A stretch of 64,000 bases of DNA from Candidatus Peregrinibacteria bacterium RIFOXYA2_FULL_41_18 (GCA_001788795.1 MFXH01000004.1:6831-70830), one strand, 5' to 3'; shown: positions 7,627 through 17,130, numbered from the stretch's first letter. A program made the numbers and translations. The notes: generated from the sequence alone by a model not told the origin.

Positions 7627-8613
7627 TTTATTAGCGCGACTTAGATCAAAAATCGCCGATCTAGATTCAAGTATTCTATCAAGCAATCCGAAATCCACTC
7701 TTCCATTTGCACAGTCTCCTCGTGCTTTCGAAAGTTTTTCCCCTTCTGTTGTAATCAACGGACCGACTACATGATTAATTCTGCCTTTTGCAAAACCGGA
7801 CGCTTCTATTACAGCGCTGACTCTTTCGCTTTTCGACGCTCCGTTAACTTGTTGTACTCTTGGATTGTATGTCATCTGACGAGCCCATTCGGTACCATAA
7901 TCTCCTCCGAAAAATTCTAGGACCGCTTTGTCTCCATATCTCGACACCAATATATTCATGAGAGAAACCAGTACGTAAAAAACTGTCCAATGATCATCTC
8001 CGTCTTTAACCGATATTTCGTATTCATCCGTTTCGCAAGATGGATTCTTGCAGGTCGCTATAATCGTACCATTTCGTTTTATTTCTTTTCTGCCTTTCTT
8101 CGGATCTGATGGCTGAGTACCCTGAAGACAGTCGGGACAAATCGGTACGACCGAATTTCTATCGGCGAGTCGAAGTTTCATAAAAGCTTCTCCTATGTAA
8201 GGCGCACATCTAAGCAAAACTTCAAGGAAATCATGACCCATAAAGCCATGATTGATACCGGCCATTTTGAAAAACGTTGACATCCTCACCACGTCAATCC
8301 TTTTTTGAAAATCGCTATCCCCCAAATGTTTACCTGCTTCTACGACCATCCTGTTAATACATCCTATTAAATTTGCGGTGGCTTCTTCCGATGGCAATTT
8401 GGGCGCTCCTCTAAGGGTAAACTCCCTGTCGTCAACAAACAAAAGTCCCCTTGCTGAATTCGTAGCGTTTAGTGCTTGAAGAAGATTAAAGAGTGTTACC
8501 TGATGTCCAAGGTGTAACATGCCGCTACCCGATGGCGTAATACCCATAGTTAATATATCGGCGTCTTGCGCCAATTCAATGGGATTCGATCCTGTCGAAT
8601 GTCGATGTAGCAT
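7555..8613 (-). CDS. truncated class-I aminoacyl-tRNA-synthetase-like protein (LysRS-I-like catalytic core, no anticodon-binding domain)
   Basis: A HIGH-like motif (ITPSGSGMLHLGH), a KMSKS-like motif (GEKLSKARG) and a Cys cluster (CPDC...CKNPSC) are present. At 352 aa it is too short for a full class-I LysRS. Its 3' end overlaps recR by 72 nt. Confidence 0.5.
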   Translation of the reverse strand: MLHRHSTGSNPIELAQDADILTMGITPSGSGMLHLGHQVTLFNLLQALNATNSARGLLFVDDREFTLRGAPKLPSEEATANLIGCINRMVVEAGKHLGDSDFQKRIDVVRMSTFFKMAGINHGFMGHDFLEVLLRCAPYIGEAFMKLRLADRNSVVPICPDCLQGTQPSDPKKGRKEIKRNGTIIATCKNPSCETDEYEISVKDGDDHWTVFYVLVSLMNILVSRYGDKAVLEFFGGDYGTEWARQMTYNPRVQQVNGASKSERVSAVIEASGFAKGRINHVVGPLITTEGEKLSKARGDCANGRVDFGLLDRILESRSAIFDLSRANKSNLPSPANRPPDSSEVGIFEVSA

Positions 8614-8615
8614 TT

Positions 8616-9575
8616 TTACTGATTAGGAGGATCGATATATTCTTCTTCGTCCTCTTCAGTACCGGACTCCCATTCATCAAGCTGTTCGACAACAGAATCT
8701 ATTTTCGGATATGAATATCCGCCATAATTTGATGACTGCATCGAGTACTCAAACGCCTCTTCGAAATCCGTCATGTCGCCCGAAGCCCGATACCCAACTT
8801 CCGGATATATTTTCACCTTTTGTCCGTTTTGCAATTTAACTTCCACGCCGATTGAATCGATTGGCTCATACTCAAACCCTTGTTCTTCCAAAACCTGCGT
8901 TAACGCCTCCGCCATTTTTTTAAAATCATAGCCGAACCTGTTCGGCTGATAATCTATTGCGCATTGAATGGCTGTAAGTCCGGCGCATAAGTCATCATCA
9001 TCAATCTCGATTGCACCTCTTATTTGGCGCTGTACGTCTTCGCATATCGTACTCGCGATATCATCAGAGTATTCCGCATCTTGCAAGCTTAACGAATAAT
9101 CATAGTCATCAGGTATTTTATTTGGATCTCCGGCATTAGCTGAAACATTGAAATAACCATCGCGTGAATTCATCCCCAAGAAAGCAAACATAGGGGAACT
9201 GTCCTTGAGGTAGATCGCTTCGCTATAAGCACCTTCTTCCCCCGTAACGCATTTCATCATTGCCGGACCGTATTGTTGTGTACATATTATGTCTCCATCT
9301 CTTGCGATACATTTACCGATAGCGCTTAAGACCCCCGGCTTTATTTCGCCTGATGCGAGTCGAGTGAGTCCAACCCTTTTAGACCCCTCGGTTGATGTTT
9401 CGGGGATTTCCGGATCGCCCTGATTTTCAGCCTGAATTTCTTCTTTGACCTCTTGTCTGGCCTCATATGCAGAACCTATCGACTCATCTCCGATTCCTCT
9501 CGGCACCAATAAAGCCGCACCTACTATTAAAGTCCTTCCAATTGATGACCTGCCTATGTCAGGAGAAGATTTCAT
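8616..9575 (-). CDS. hypothetical acidic exported or membrane-anchored protein
   Basis: A 319-aa ORF with one N-terminal hydrophobic segment (TLIVGAALLV) and a very acidic C-terminus. It has its own consensus promoter. No family was recognised. Confidence 0.5.
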   Translation of the reverse strand: MKSSPDIGRSSIGRTLIVGAALLVPRGIGDESIGSAYEARQEVKEEIQAENQGDPEIPETSTEGSKRVGLTRLASGEIKPGVLSAIGKCIARDGDIICTQQYGPAMMKCVTGEEGAYSEAIYLKDSSPMFAFLGMNSRDGYFNVSANAGDPNKIPDDYDYSLSLQDAEYSDDIASTICEDVQRQIRGAIEIDDDDLCAGLTAIQCAIDYQPNRFGYDFKKMAEALTQVLEEQGFEYEPIDSIGVEVKLQNGQKVKIYPEVGYRASGDMTDFEEAFEYSMQSSNYGGYSYPKIDSVVEQLDEWESGTEEDEEEYIDPPNQ

Positions 9576-9597
9576 GTTTTTAGATTAAAGAGCGCGT

Positions 9598-9625
9598 ATT
9601 ATAACACCGACTTGCAAGAAGTCAA
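9598..9625 (-). promoter_or_regulatory. sigma70-type promoter (TTGACT-16 nt-TATAAT) on the minus strand
   Basis: The reverse complement reads TTGACTtcttgcaagtcggtgtTATAAT. The -35 is embedded in the palindrome GACTT-CTTGC-AAGTC. Confidence 0.6.
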
Positions 9626-9651
9626 TAGCGCGAAAATCCTCGTGTTTAACA

Positions 9652-10377
9652 TCAGGTCAATTTAAACCGTGTCGGACCTGAACCTGAGAGAGTAGATGGC
9701 AGGTTGCAGGTGGCAGATGGCAGAAGATCGAAGTCGTTATGGAGATTTTCTATAACGCCCTGGAGGTTGTTTTCTTGCAAGGCGCGGATAAGATTTTCCG
9801 TTTTTTTGCGGTTTTGGCCGGCTGGCATTGTGTCGATTTTTTTATACATGTCGGCTGTCGATTTTTTCTCCCCGGGGAGAAAAATCAATTTCGGCTTTAG
9901 AACAAGGTCGGTTTTTATCGGCTCGATTATTTCGCCATAGTGCGTTGCGCGTGCGATACCGCCCGTAATGAAAAATGGCGCATCCATTGAAATTTTTGCG
10001 GCGAGAATGCGGAGCGCATGAACATCCAAGCCGAGAGCGAGTTGGTGATTCAGCTCTTTTAAAACTGCTGCTGCGTTGCTCGATCCACCGCCGAGACCGG
10101 AGCGGAGTGGGATGTTTTTTTTGATCGTTATTTTTACAGACGAATCGCCGGCAAGAAGTTTTGCGGCTTTGTAAGCTGTGTTTTTTTTGGGCGTTTCGTT
10201 TAGTTCTTTATTGTCCGTCGAGATTTCTATTCGAGACTTCCCGTCGCGAATAACCGCAACCTCAATTTCATCAAATAAATCCGCAACTTCGCACATCACC
10301 GTATCGATCAAATGATATCCGTTTTCACGACCCATTATGTCGATTGTGAGATTTATTTTTGCGTAGGACTTGAGCAT
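9652..10377 (-). CDS. ispE: 4-diphosphocytidyl-2-C-methyl-D-erythritol kinase (short form)
   Basis: YAKINL N-terminus and GHMP motif PLRSGLGGGSSNAAAV are present. The C-terminal SGSGPT motif is preceded by repeat-encoded LLPSATCNLPST. The start was set at ATG 10377. Confidence 0.85.
   Translation of the reverse strand: MLKSYAKINLTIDIMGRENGYHLIDTVMCEVADLFDEIEVAVIRDGKSRIEISTDNKELNETPKKNTAYKAAKLLAGDSSVKITIKKNIPLRSGLGGGSSNAAAVLKELNHQLALGLDVHALRILAAKISMDAPFFITGGIARATHYGEIIEPIKTDLVLKPKLIFLPGEKKSTADMYKKIDTMPAGQNRKKTENLIRALQENNLQGVIENLHNDFDLLPSATCNLPSTLSGSGPTRFKLT
9689..9723 (+). repeat. tandem heptamer repeat (agagtag atggcag gttgcag gtggcag atggcag), family B
   Basis: Five 7-nt units in plus orientation lie inside the 3' part of minus-strand ispE and are translated in-frame on the opposite strand. 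Confidence 0.8.
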
Positions 10378-10388
10378 TGCGGAAAAAT

Positions 10389-11570
10389 TTAAGGGAGCCA
10401 AAGCCTCTGCATCATCACCAAGCATTGGCATTTCAAGCCTTCGCCTTTTCCAAAAGCTGTCAGCCCTTCGCCCGTATGAGCCGCGATTGTAATGTATTGG
10501 CTCGGTACACCAAGAAGATTTGAAATTGATTTTATCAATCTGGTTTTTAGCGGATCGATTTTTGGCTTCAAACCTTCAAAAATAAAATTTATTTTTTCAA
10601 TACCCCAGTTTTCTTTATTCAAAAGGGCTATCGCTTCTTCCAAATATATCTTGCTGTCCTTAACGCCTTTTTTATAAAGGCTGTCTGTTAATTCGCCGAG
10701 AGAACCTATGTTAAGTCCTTGTAATAACGCAGTCACCAAGGCGTGAATCATGACGTCGCCGTCCGAGTCGGCCTCAAGTTTTTTATATTTTTTAAATTCA
10801 ACCCCACCCAAAATCAAGTTACCCTCTTTGCCAAAAGCGTGACTGTCTTCACCGAACCCGACAGTGAATTCTCTTTTTGATGACATTATATCTTCCAGCA
10901 TCTCCAAATCTCCGGCGTCTGTCACCTTGAAGTTATATGGCGTACATGGAATGATTTTCGGCTTAATCCCTTGTATTTCCGCAAGCTCCAAGTCGTCCGT
11001 AGGCTCATGCTTCATTTCTGCAATTCCTTTGTTAAGAACTTCGTATCTCAAGCCTTGCGGCGTCTGCATTCGCCATAAGTTGTCCCTAGAAATGGTTTCG
11101 GTTTTTTTTACATCTATTCGCCTCAGCGTATCGTACATCGGCATAGCAACTCCGGCAGCGGCGTACCTTTCGAGCATATTCGCGACCTGATTTATTTCGG
11201 CTACCGACACGAGCGGGTTTGCGACGTTGTGGATTATTATATTCGCATTTTTCAATTGGGCCGGAGTGAAATATCTAGACAAGGCTTTGTGCGCTTTTCG
11301 CAAAGATTCAAAGCGTGTTTTTCCACCGCTTATCTGTATAATCCCTTTTTCATTATCGCTCGACTCTTCCAGTTGGTTTATAAGATCCTTGAATTTTTCA
11401 TTTGAAACTTCCGGCAGGACGACCACCATTTCATCAATCGATTCCGCATCCAAAAATGCCAACATCGAGTACCAAACAAGCGATCGCCCATGCAGTTCAA
11501 CGTAAGCTTTTTTTGTTCCGGCATGCAGTCGCCAACCGCTTCCTGCGCCGAGAATTATTCCTATATTCAT
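10389..11570 (-). CDS. ispDF: bifunctional MEP cytidylyltransferase / MEcPP synthase
   Basis: The N-terminal half is IspD-like (ILGAGSGWRL). The C-terminal half is IspF-like (GFGEDSHAF, SDGDVMIHAL). Confidence 0.9.
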   Translation of the reverse strand: MNIGIILGAGSGWRLHAGTKKAYVELHGRSLVWYSMLAFLDAESIDEMVVVLPEVSNEKFKDLINQLEESSDNEKGIIQISGGKTRFESLRKAHKALSRYFTPAQLKNANIIIHNVANPLVSVAEINQVANMLERYAAAGVAMPMYDTLRRIDVKKTETISRDNLWRMQTPQGLRYEVLNKGIAEMKHEPTDDLELAEIQGIKPKIIPCTPYNFKVTDAGDLEMLEDIMSSKREFTVGFGEDSHAFGKEGNLILGGVEFKKYKKLEADSDGDVMIHALVTALLQGLNIGSLGELTDSLYKKGVKDSKIYLEEAIALLNKENWGIEKINFIFEGLKPKIDPLKTRLIKSISNLLGVPSQYITIAAHTGEGLTAFGKGEGLKCQCLVMMQRLWLP

Positions 11571-12532
11571 TTTTTGAGTTCTTTTTTTATAAGATCATAA
11601 ATCTCCAAAAACTTGATTTCCCCGGCAAGAAATTTTTCAACTGCTGTGTCGTTCGCACGCACCAACTCTTCTCCGCGGGAGCTGTATTTTAACGCAATTT
11701 TTATGCCTTCGAAAGTCTTATGGTCCACCGGATAATATTTCGGAGTTTTAACAGATTCATTCACCTGCGCACCGTCAGGATAATTCAACGCATACTCGAT
11801 AGGGACTCTCATGTCCGGCTTATACGCTCTTGTCTCGGTCGACCCGTCCTCGAATTCAACCATCCCATGAACCATACTCTGCGGATGAATCAATACTTCT
11901 ATTTTCTTGTAGGGCGTATTGAAAAGATGGTGAGCCTCTATTATTTCAAACCCTTTATTCATCAATGTCGCCGAGTCTATGGAAATTTTTTTTCCCATCT
12001 TCCATGTAGGATGGGCGAGGGCTTGCGCGACTGTAACGCCTTTGAGCTCGACGCGTGTGCGTCCAAAAAACGGACCGCCCGAGCAAGTGAGAATTATTTT
12101 CTTCACTGACTTGCGGTTGCGCCCTTCAAGGCATTGGAAAATCGCCGAGTGTTCTGAGTCTATCGGTATTATGCGAACTTTGTGTTTGCGCGCGAGCGAC
12201 ATGATGCGAGCGCCTGCCGCAACGATGGACTCTTTGTTTGCGATTGCCAAATCGTTGCCGGACTTGATGGCGGCGATAGCGGGGGATAGGCCGGCAAGTC
12301 CGGTTATCGCGTTGACGACGAGATCGCATTTTTGGGATGCGAGCGCGCGGGCTTCCGACTCGCCGAGAGCCATATGTGCAACGTGAAATTCACGCGCCTG
12401 TGCGGCTAGAAGTTCGCGATTGGAATTTGCGCTCAGGCCGATTATCTGGAATTTATCGCTGGATTTTCTTATAACATCAAGCGTTTGCCGGCCGATCGAA
12501 CCTGTTGAGCCTAAGACGATTATTCTTTTCAT
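11567..12532 (-). CDS. dxr: 1-deoxy-D-xylulose 5-phosphate reductoisomerase (short form)
   Basis: VLGSTGSIGRQTLDV, ANKESIV, IPIDSEHSAIFQC, HPTWKMGKKISIDSATLMNKG motifs. It overlaps ispDF by 4 nt. Confidence 0.9.
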   Translation of the reverse strand: MKRIIVLGSTGSIGRQTLDVIRKSSDKFQIIGLSANSNRELLAAQAREFHVAHMALGESEARALASQKCDLVVNAITGLAGLSPAIAAIKSGNDLAIANKESIVAAGARIMSLARKHKVRIIPIDSEHSAIFQCLEGRNRKSVKKIILTCSGGPFFGRTRVELKGVTVAQALAHPTWKMGKKISIDSATLMNKGFEIIEAHHLFNTPYKKIEVLIHPQSMVHGMVEFEDGSTETRAYKPDMRVPIEYALNYPDGAQVNESVKTPKYYPVDHKTFEGIKIALKYSSRGEELVRANDTAVEKFLAGEIKFLEIYDLIKKELKK

Positions 12533-15126
12533 CAGTCTTTAATTTTGTAAAAAACATAATCTCCTCTGGCCACAAGCGCCTCCATATTTTCTGCACAAAA
12601 ACTAAGAAGATCCTCCATCCTTTGCTTGTATATGCTTGACGATTCAGCCTTAAGAATTTGAGTGTAGTCGATTGCAAAATATTTTATATCAAAACTCTTA
12701 AACACCTCTATCAATTCATCGTCCGAATATTTTGAAGCAAGACACGCATATGTATCCAGCGCTTCGTCAGATACGAAATCTGCACCGGTATTTATCAAGT
12801 AATAAGGGGTTGCGCCGCCGACTTTGTAAATATGGATGACATCCTCGCGACCGACCGATTCTTGACTGAGAATTTCCGCCGTTTCCAAGACCCCCGGATT
12901 TCTGACGTTTATATAATCTTTGTCGTCAAGCAGACCTCCCAAATAAGCCAACTGATCGATGTCGCCAAAAAGCCCTATTTTTACAAAAACTGTCATGACC
13001 GCAACAATTCCAAGTGCCGTTTTCACGATAACACTTAGCATTTTTTCATCCTTCCAGTCGCTTTGTTCATATATTTCCAGCATTACGCCGATTATCGCCA
13101 ACAAAACCACCAAGCCTATAAAGGCATACCATCCGATTCCACCTAGAAAATTAGCTATCAAAACGAAATAAAACGCCGCAAATACAAATAGCAATTTTAT
13201 GTGTTTTTTGTTTCCGTGATCAAGCATTCCCCATAAAATAAAAGGTACCATGCCAAGAAACAAGAAGCTTATGTCCACATGCAGTCCGTTAACTCCTTCA
13301 TTCATAGTCATTTGCCATGGAGTTTTTATCAAGTCCCATGGAGAAATCGCTTGATCAATAGCGGCGCCCGTTATGTATGTCGCAAATTCGTTCCCAAGAG
13401 TCGGCATATCTCCGCAATCCGCCAATTCGTCCCCGAAATCAATACCGGCATCGTTCAGATTCATCGCCACATACGTTCCGACATTCAAAGGCAAGCCATC
13501 TATTATGTGATTTTTTATAGCCCAAGGTGACATTGCCGCAATCACTGCAATCAAAAAAATTGCGCCCTCTTTTACTAAATTCCTCTTTAATGCTTTTCGA
13601 GCAATTATCATTCCGGCTATACCTCCGATTATGATCGCTACCCCTGTAATCCACATTGCTCTTTCTGGGAAATTAAACATGTTATCACTTGAAAAATCCA
13701 TGAGCAATAATCCGAATATCGCCAACGCCACTCCTGCGGCTCCTATCCTTCCCCATGCCTTCACCGCCAATAAAACAATCAAGGCCAATAACGCCACTCC
13801 AGCTGTAATTTTTATACCCAAGCTTATTCCGATTAACACGCCTGCCATGTAAAGCCATGACCTTCCATTTTCCTCGTGTTCAAGCCATTTCACAACTCCG
13901 ATCACGGATAGCGATATGAAAAACAATAGCGCAAGATCTGTTTTTAAATCGGTTGACGACTGAAAAACCACGAGTGGCAGCATGTAAAAAATCGCCGACA
14001 GCATCGTTGCCGTTTTTTTTGTAACAAAACGGCTTAGCAACAAATAAACCCCTGCGACTGCGAGCATTCCGCCCCAAAAATTTATGAACAATTGATAAAT
14101 CGCTGAGTTGAAATAGGCGCCGGTAAGATTTATCAATTCCCAGTTGTAAATTCCTCCCGTACTTCCAAACAATCCGCCTTCAAGAGAGAGTCTTTCTGGG
14201 ATGTATAGATATGCGCTTGCGTCGTCCCATCCGACCGGAATCGGTCTTATTATATCTATCAAGTTATACATAAAAACCATCATCGCCGCAGATATCACCC
14301 AGAATTCAAATGTTTTTAACGCACTGAATTCGATTTCCTTTTCGATTGAGAAAATTTTCTTAATAAGCCCTTCAGCCTCTCTCCAACTTATCGCCGTAAA
14401 TATTAAGTAACAACCGACAACAGCCCACCATTGCAGCAGAGATAACGCCCCTAAAATAAAAAACAAAAGCATATATGCACCCAGTCCGGCCGCGATACTG
14501 AAAAGCGTTCGTTCCAAGCCTTCCGCTTTGAGCTTGAAGAATTTTAAAATCTTATCTCCGAGAGAGAAAACGGCAATCGTCATCAGCAATACAAAGCCCA
14601 GTCCCATAAATATGTTTTTTTCTGCAAAAAGCACTCCTTCTATAATATTTACGTGGTCAAAATTTTCCTGTAGCTCTTCTGGTAAAAGTTCAATTAAGGT
14701 GTTCGCATCTCCGCCGTACAACTGTCCATCGACAAATATTTCCTCCATCCCTTCTTCAAGTTCGGCTCCTTCTTGCAGCATCCCCCATGACTCCGCGTCC
14801 TTGAAAATCGTTCCTCCATGATACATCGAAAGCCCTCCGTTTAGTTCCGCTATGGTTATCGCGACTGATGTCGCGACTGCAATCGTCGCGGCCGCAAGCA
14901 CGAATGTAATCGTTATTTTGTTCGCATTTTCTGGCTTCCTTATTTTCTTCCATGCGTACTGCAGTCCAAGCACTACTGCAATAGACAACATAAATCCTCC
15001 TACGCTCATAAATATCTTTGGCAAAAAAGCCAGACTCTCTTGGTAATAAGTATGATTTTTTATAAAAAAATACAATATTGTCATCGTCCATACAGACCCG
15101 ATTATTACCTTAAGCATATTTTTCAT
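12532..15126 (-). CDS. 864-aa polytopic membrane protein with a GT-C-like (ArnT/PMT-type) signature
   Basis: It has more than 15 hydrophobic segments, a loop motif RPIPVGWDDASAYLYIP and a soluble C-terminal domain. It is translationally coupled to ispG (4-nt overlap) and dxr (1-nt overlap). Confidence 0.45.
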   Translation of the reverse strand: MKNMLKVIIGSVWTMTILYFFIKNHTYYQESLAFLPKIFMSVGGFMLSIAVVLGLQYAWKKIRKPENANKITITFVLAAATIAVATSVAITIAELNGGLSMYHGGTIFKDAESWGMLQEGAELEEGMEEIFVDGQLYGGDANTLIELLPEELQENFDHVNIIEGVLFAEKNIFMGLGFVLLMTIAVFSLGDKILKFFKLKAEGLERTLFSIAAGLGAYMLLFFILGALSLLQWWAVVGCYLIFTAISWREAEGLIKKIFSIEKEIEFSALKTFEFWVISAAMMVFMYNLIDIIRPIPVGWDDASAYLYIPERLSLEGGLFGSTGGIYNWELINLTGAYFNSAIYQLFINFWGGMLAVAGVYLLLSRFVTKKTATMLSAIFYMLPLVVFQSSTDLKTDLALLFFISLSVIGVVKWLEHEENGRSWLYMAGVLIGISLGIKITAGVALLALIVLLAVKAWGRIGAAGVALAIFGLLLMDFSSDNMFNFPERAMWITGVAIIIGGIAGMIIARKALKRNLVKEGAIFLIAVIAAMSPWAIKNHIIDGLPLNVGTYVAMNLNDAGIDFGDELADCGDMPTLGNEFATYITGAAIDQAISPWDLIKTPWQMTMNEGVNGLHVDISFLFLGMVPFILWGMLDHGNKKHIKLLFVFAAFYFVLIANFLGGIGWYAFIGLVVLLAIIGVMLEIYEQSDWKDEKMLSVIVKTALGIVAVMTVFVKIGLFGDIDQLAYLGGLLDDKDYINVRNPGVLETAEILSQESVGREDVIHIYKVGGATPYYLINTGADFVSDEALDTYACLASKYSDDELIEVFKSFDIKYFAIDYTQILKAESSSIYKQRMEDLLSFCAENMEALVARGDYVFYKIKD

Positions 15127-16157
15127 GAGTTTTCTTTTTTAAGGAAATTGATTATTTGTTGTTTTGGCTTGTTCTTCAGTACCGGCCTGTTTTTTCTAAA
15201 AAGAGTAAAGTTGTCGCCTTCCGCCGGAATTATCGCGTAGTCGGCAGATTGGGATTCGCCTTTCACATTCACTCCACATCCCAGCACCGCAATCGTGAGC
15301 GGTTTTTTCGGCTTGAGCGACGATTCTATTTCGCGCGCCAAGCTTGGCACATCAGATTTTGTCCTCCCACAAGTCGGACACGCGATCACCCTCAAAGGTA
15401 ACTTGATTATATCGAGAGCGTCTAAGATTTTTTTCGCCACTCGTATCTCCTCGATCGGATCCGCAGACAAAGAAACCCTGATCGTCGAGCCGATTCCGTC
15501 CGCCAAAAGAGTGCCTATACCTATTGCGCTTTTTATAGTGCCCGTTTCCACCGTGCCCGCCTCCGTAACTCCAAGATGAATCGGATAGTCGCATTTTTCA
15601 TCAAGGATTCTGTTCGCTTTTATTGTCGTTAGAACGTCGCTACTTTTCACAGAGATTACGATTTTTTTGAATTTATTTTTTTCAAAAAATTCAACCCACC
15701 TTAATGCCGAAATAGCCAATGCTTCACCCGAATGAGGTCCATATGTCTCCATCAAGTCCTGCTCGAGAGAACCTTCGTTAACCCCGATTCTTATCGCCAC
15801 TTTTTTTTGAACAGCAAGTGCGATTATTTCTTTAAGAGCTTTTTTATCGGCAATATTCCCCGGATTAATCCTGATCTTATCCGCTCCGTTTTTTATCGCC
15901 GCAATCGCAAGCTCCGGATTGAAATGAATGTCTGCTATGAGCGGGATTTTTATTCGTTTCTTGATTTTACTCAAAGCCTTCGCCGATGCCATTGTCGGGA
16001 CCGCAACTCTTATAAGTTCGCAACCCTCTTTTTGTAACGCGCGGATTTGAGCGACTGTCGCACTTACGTTCTCCGTATCCGTATTGCACATGGATTGGAT
16101 TTTCACGCGATGTGCGCCACCAAGATGAACCGAACCTATTGTTACTTGATGAGACAT
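15123..16157 (-). CDS. ispG: HMBPP synthase
   Basis: VKIQSMCNTDT, a TIM-barrel half and the C-terminal 4Fe-4S motif ACPTCGR are present. Confidence 0.92.
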   Translation of the reverse strand: MSHQVTIGSVHLGGAHRVKIQSMCNTDTENVSATVAQIRALQKEGCELIRVAVPTMASAKALSKIKKRIKIPLIADIHFNPELAIAAIKNGADKIRINPGNIADKKALKEIIALAVQKKVAIRIGVNEGSLEQDLMETYGPHSGEALAISALRWVEFFEKNKFKKIVISVKSSDVLTTIKANRILDEKCDYPIHLGVTEAGTVETGTIKSAIGIGTLLADGIGSTIRVSLSADPIEEIRVAKKILDALDIIKLPLRVIACPTCGRTKSDVPSLAREIESSLKPKKPLTIAVLGCGVNVKGESQSADYAIIPAEGDNFTLFRKNRPVLKNKPKQQIINFLKKENS

Positions 16158-16335
16158 AATGACTGGTGAAGAGTGTGAATAAAGTATGCGAACGGCTTAT
16201 ACAAGGCGTCGCTTAAGCTTCGCAAATATACCCTTTTATAAGGAGATTGCATACGCAATCATACTTGATAATATTGCGCTCGTGAAGGCTTCGCCTCCCG
16301 AGCGCCTCTTGACTAAAGTAAACAATTCCCATAAG

Positions 16336-16884
16336 ATGGCGTGGCTTTTTGTTAAATCCATAATTTTTATTGCCATCGTCAAACATTTACGAGTCAATCG
16401 TCAGATTAATTCTCCAACAGTTCGACTTATTTCGGACGACCAAGAACAGGTTGGAATAATGGGTCTGGACAAGGCTCTAGCGCTGGCTCACGAAAAAAAT
16501 CTTGATCTTATCGAAGTTTCCCCAAAAGCCAATCCTCCGGTATGCAAGATCATGGATTACGGAAAGTATTTATATCAATTGAAGAAAGCCGAACAGAAGC
16601 AGAAGAAAGGCATGAAAAAAACTGAGATCAAGGGAATAAGGCTCTCTCTAAGGACGGATGTCGGAGATCTCAATATCAAGATCAATAAGGCGAAACAATT
16701 TCTTGCAGACGGGAATATCGTAAAGGTCCAATTGATGTTCAAGGGAAGGGAAATCATACATAGCGAATTGGGATTGGCAAAAATTATTACATTCAGGGAT
16801 GCCCTTAAGGAAGTTGCCAAAATCGATTTGGAACCGAAAATGCAGGGACACATGATGAATATGATGCTAAGCCCTCTCAAATAA
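16336..16884 (+). CDS. infC: translation initiation factor IF-3 (start codon uncertain)
   Basis: RVNRQINSPTVRLISDDQEQVGIM..., NPPVCKIMDYGKY, and C-terminal domain IKGIRLSLRTDVGDL. Either ATG 16336 or an in-frame ATT/ATA near 16363-16371 could be the real start. Confidence 0.88.
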   Translation: MAWLFVKSIIFIAIVKHLRVNRQINSPTVRLISDDQEQVGIMGLDKALALAHEKNLDLIEVSPKANPPVCKIMDYGKYLYQLKKAEQKQKKGMKKTEIKGIRLSLRTDVGDLNIKINKAKQFLADGNIVKVQLMFKGREIIHSELGLAKIITFRDALKEVAKIDLEPKMQGHMMNMMLSPLK

Positions 16885-16908
16885 TTCAAATATTAATCTC
16901 AATATAAA

Positions 16909-17103
16909 ATGGTTAAGCAAAAATCTCACAGCGGTGCAAAGAAACGAATAAAGAAAACCGGATCCGGCAAATTCAGGATGGAAAAAGCTGCAAAAAGACA
17001 TTTGCTCGCAAATAAATCTCATAGACAAAAAAAGCTTGGAGGCAAGAAAATCGTAGTAAATCCATCGAACGTCAGGTCTCTACAACAGATGTTCATCAAG
17101 TAA
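16909..17103 (+). CDS. rpmI: ribosomal protein L35
   Basis: A 64-aa basic protein (KSHSGAKKRIKKTGSGKF) in infC-rpmI-rplT order. Confidence 0.93.
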   Translation: MVKQKSHSGAKKRIKKTGSGKFRMEKAAKRHLLANKSHRQKKLGGKKIVVNPSNVRSLQQMFIK

Positions 17104-17130
17104 TTTTATAAATTTTAATCATTAAATAAG

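Noticed and set aside
16186-16335. 50-codon N-terminal extension of infC
   Set aside because: It extends into the divergent ispG promoter region and has no IF-3 homology. A later ATG or ATT start is more consistent with the family.
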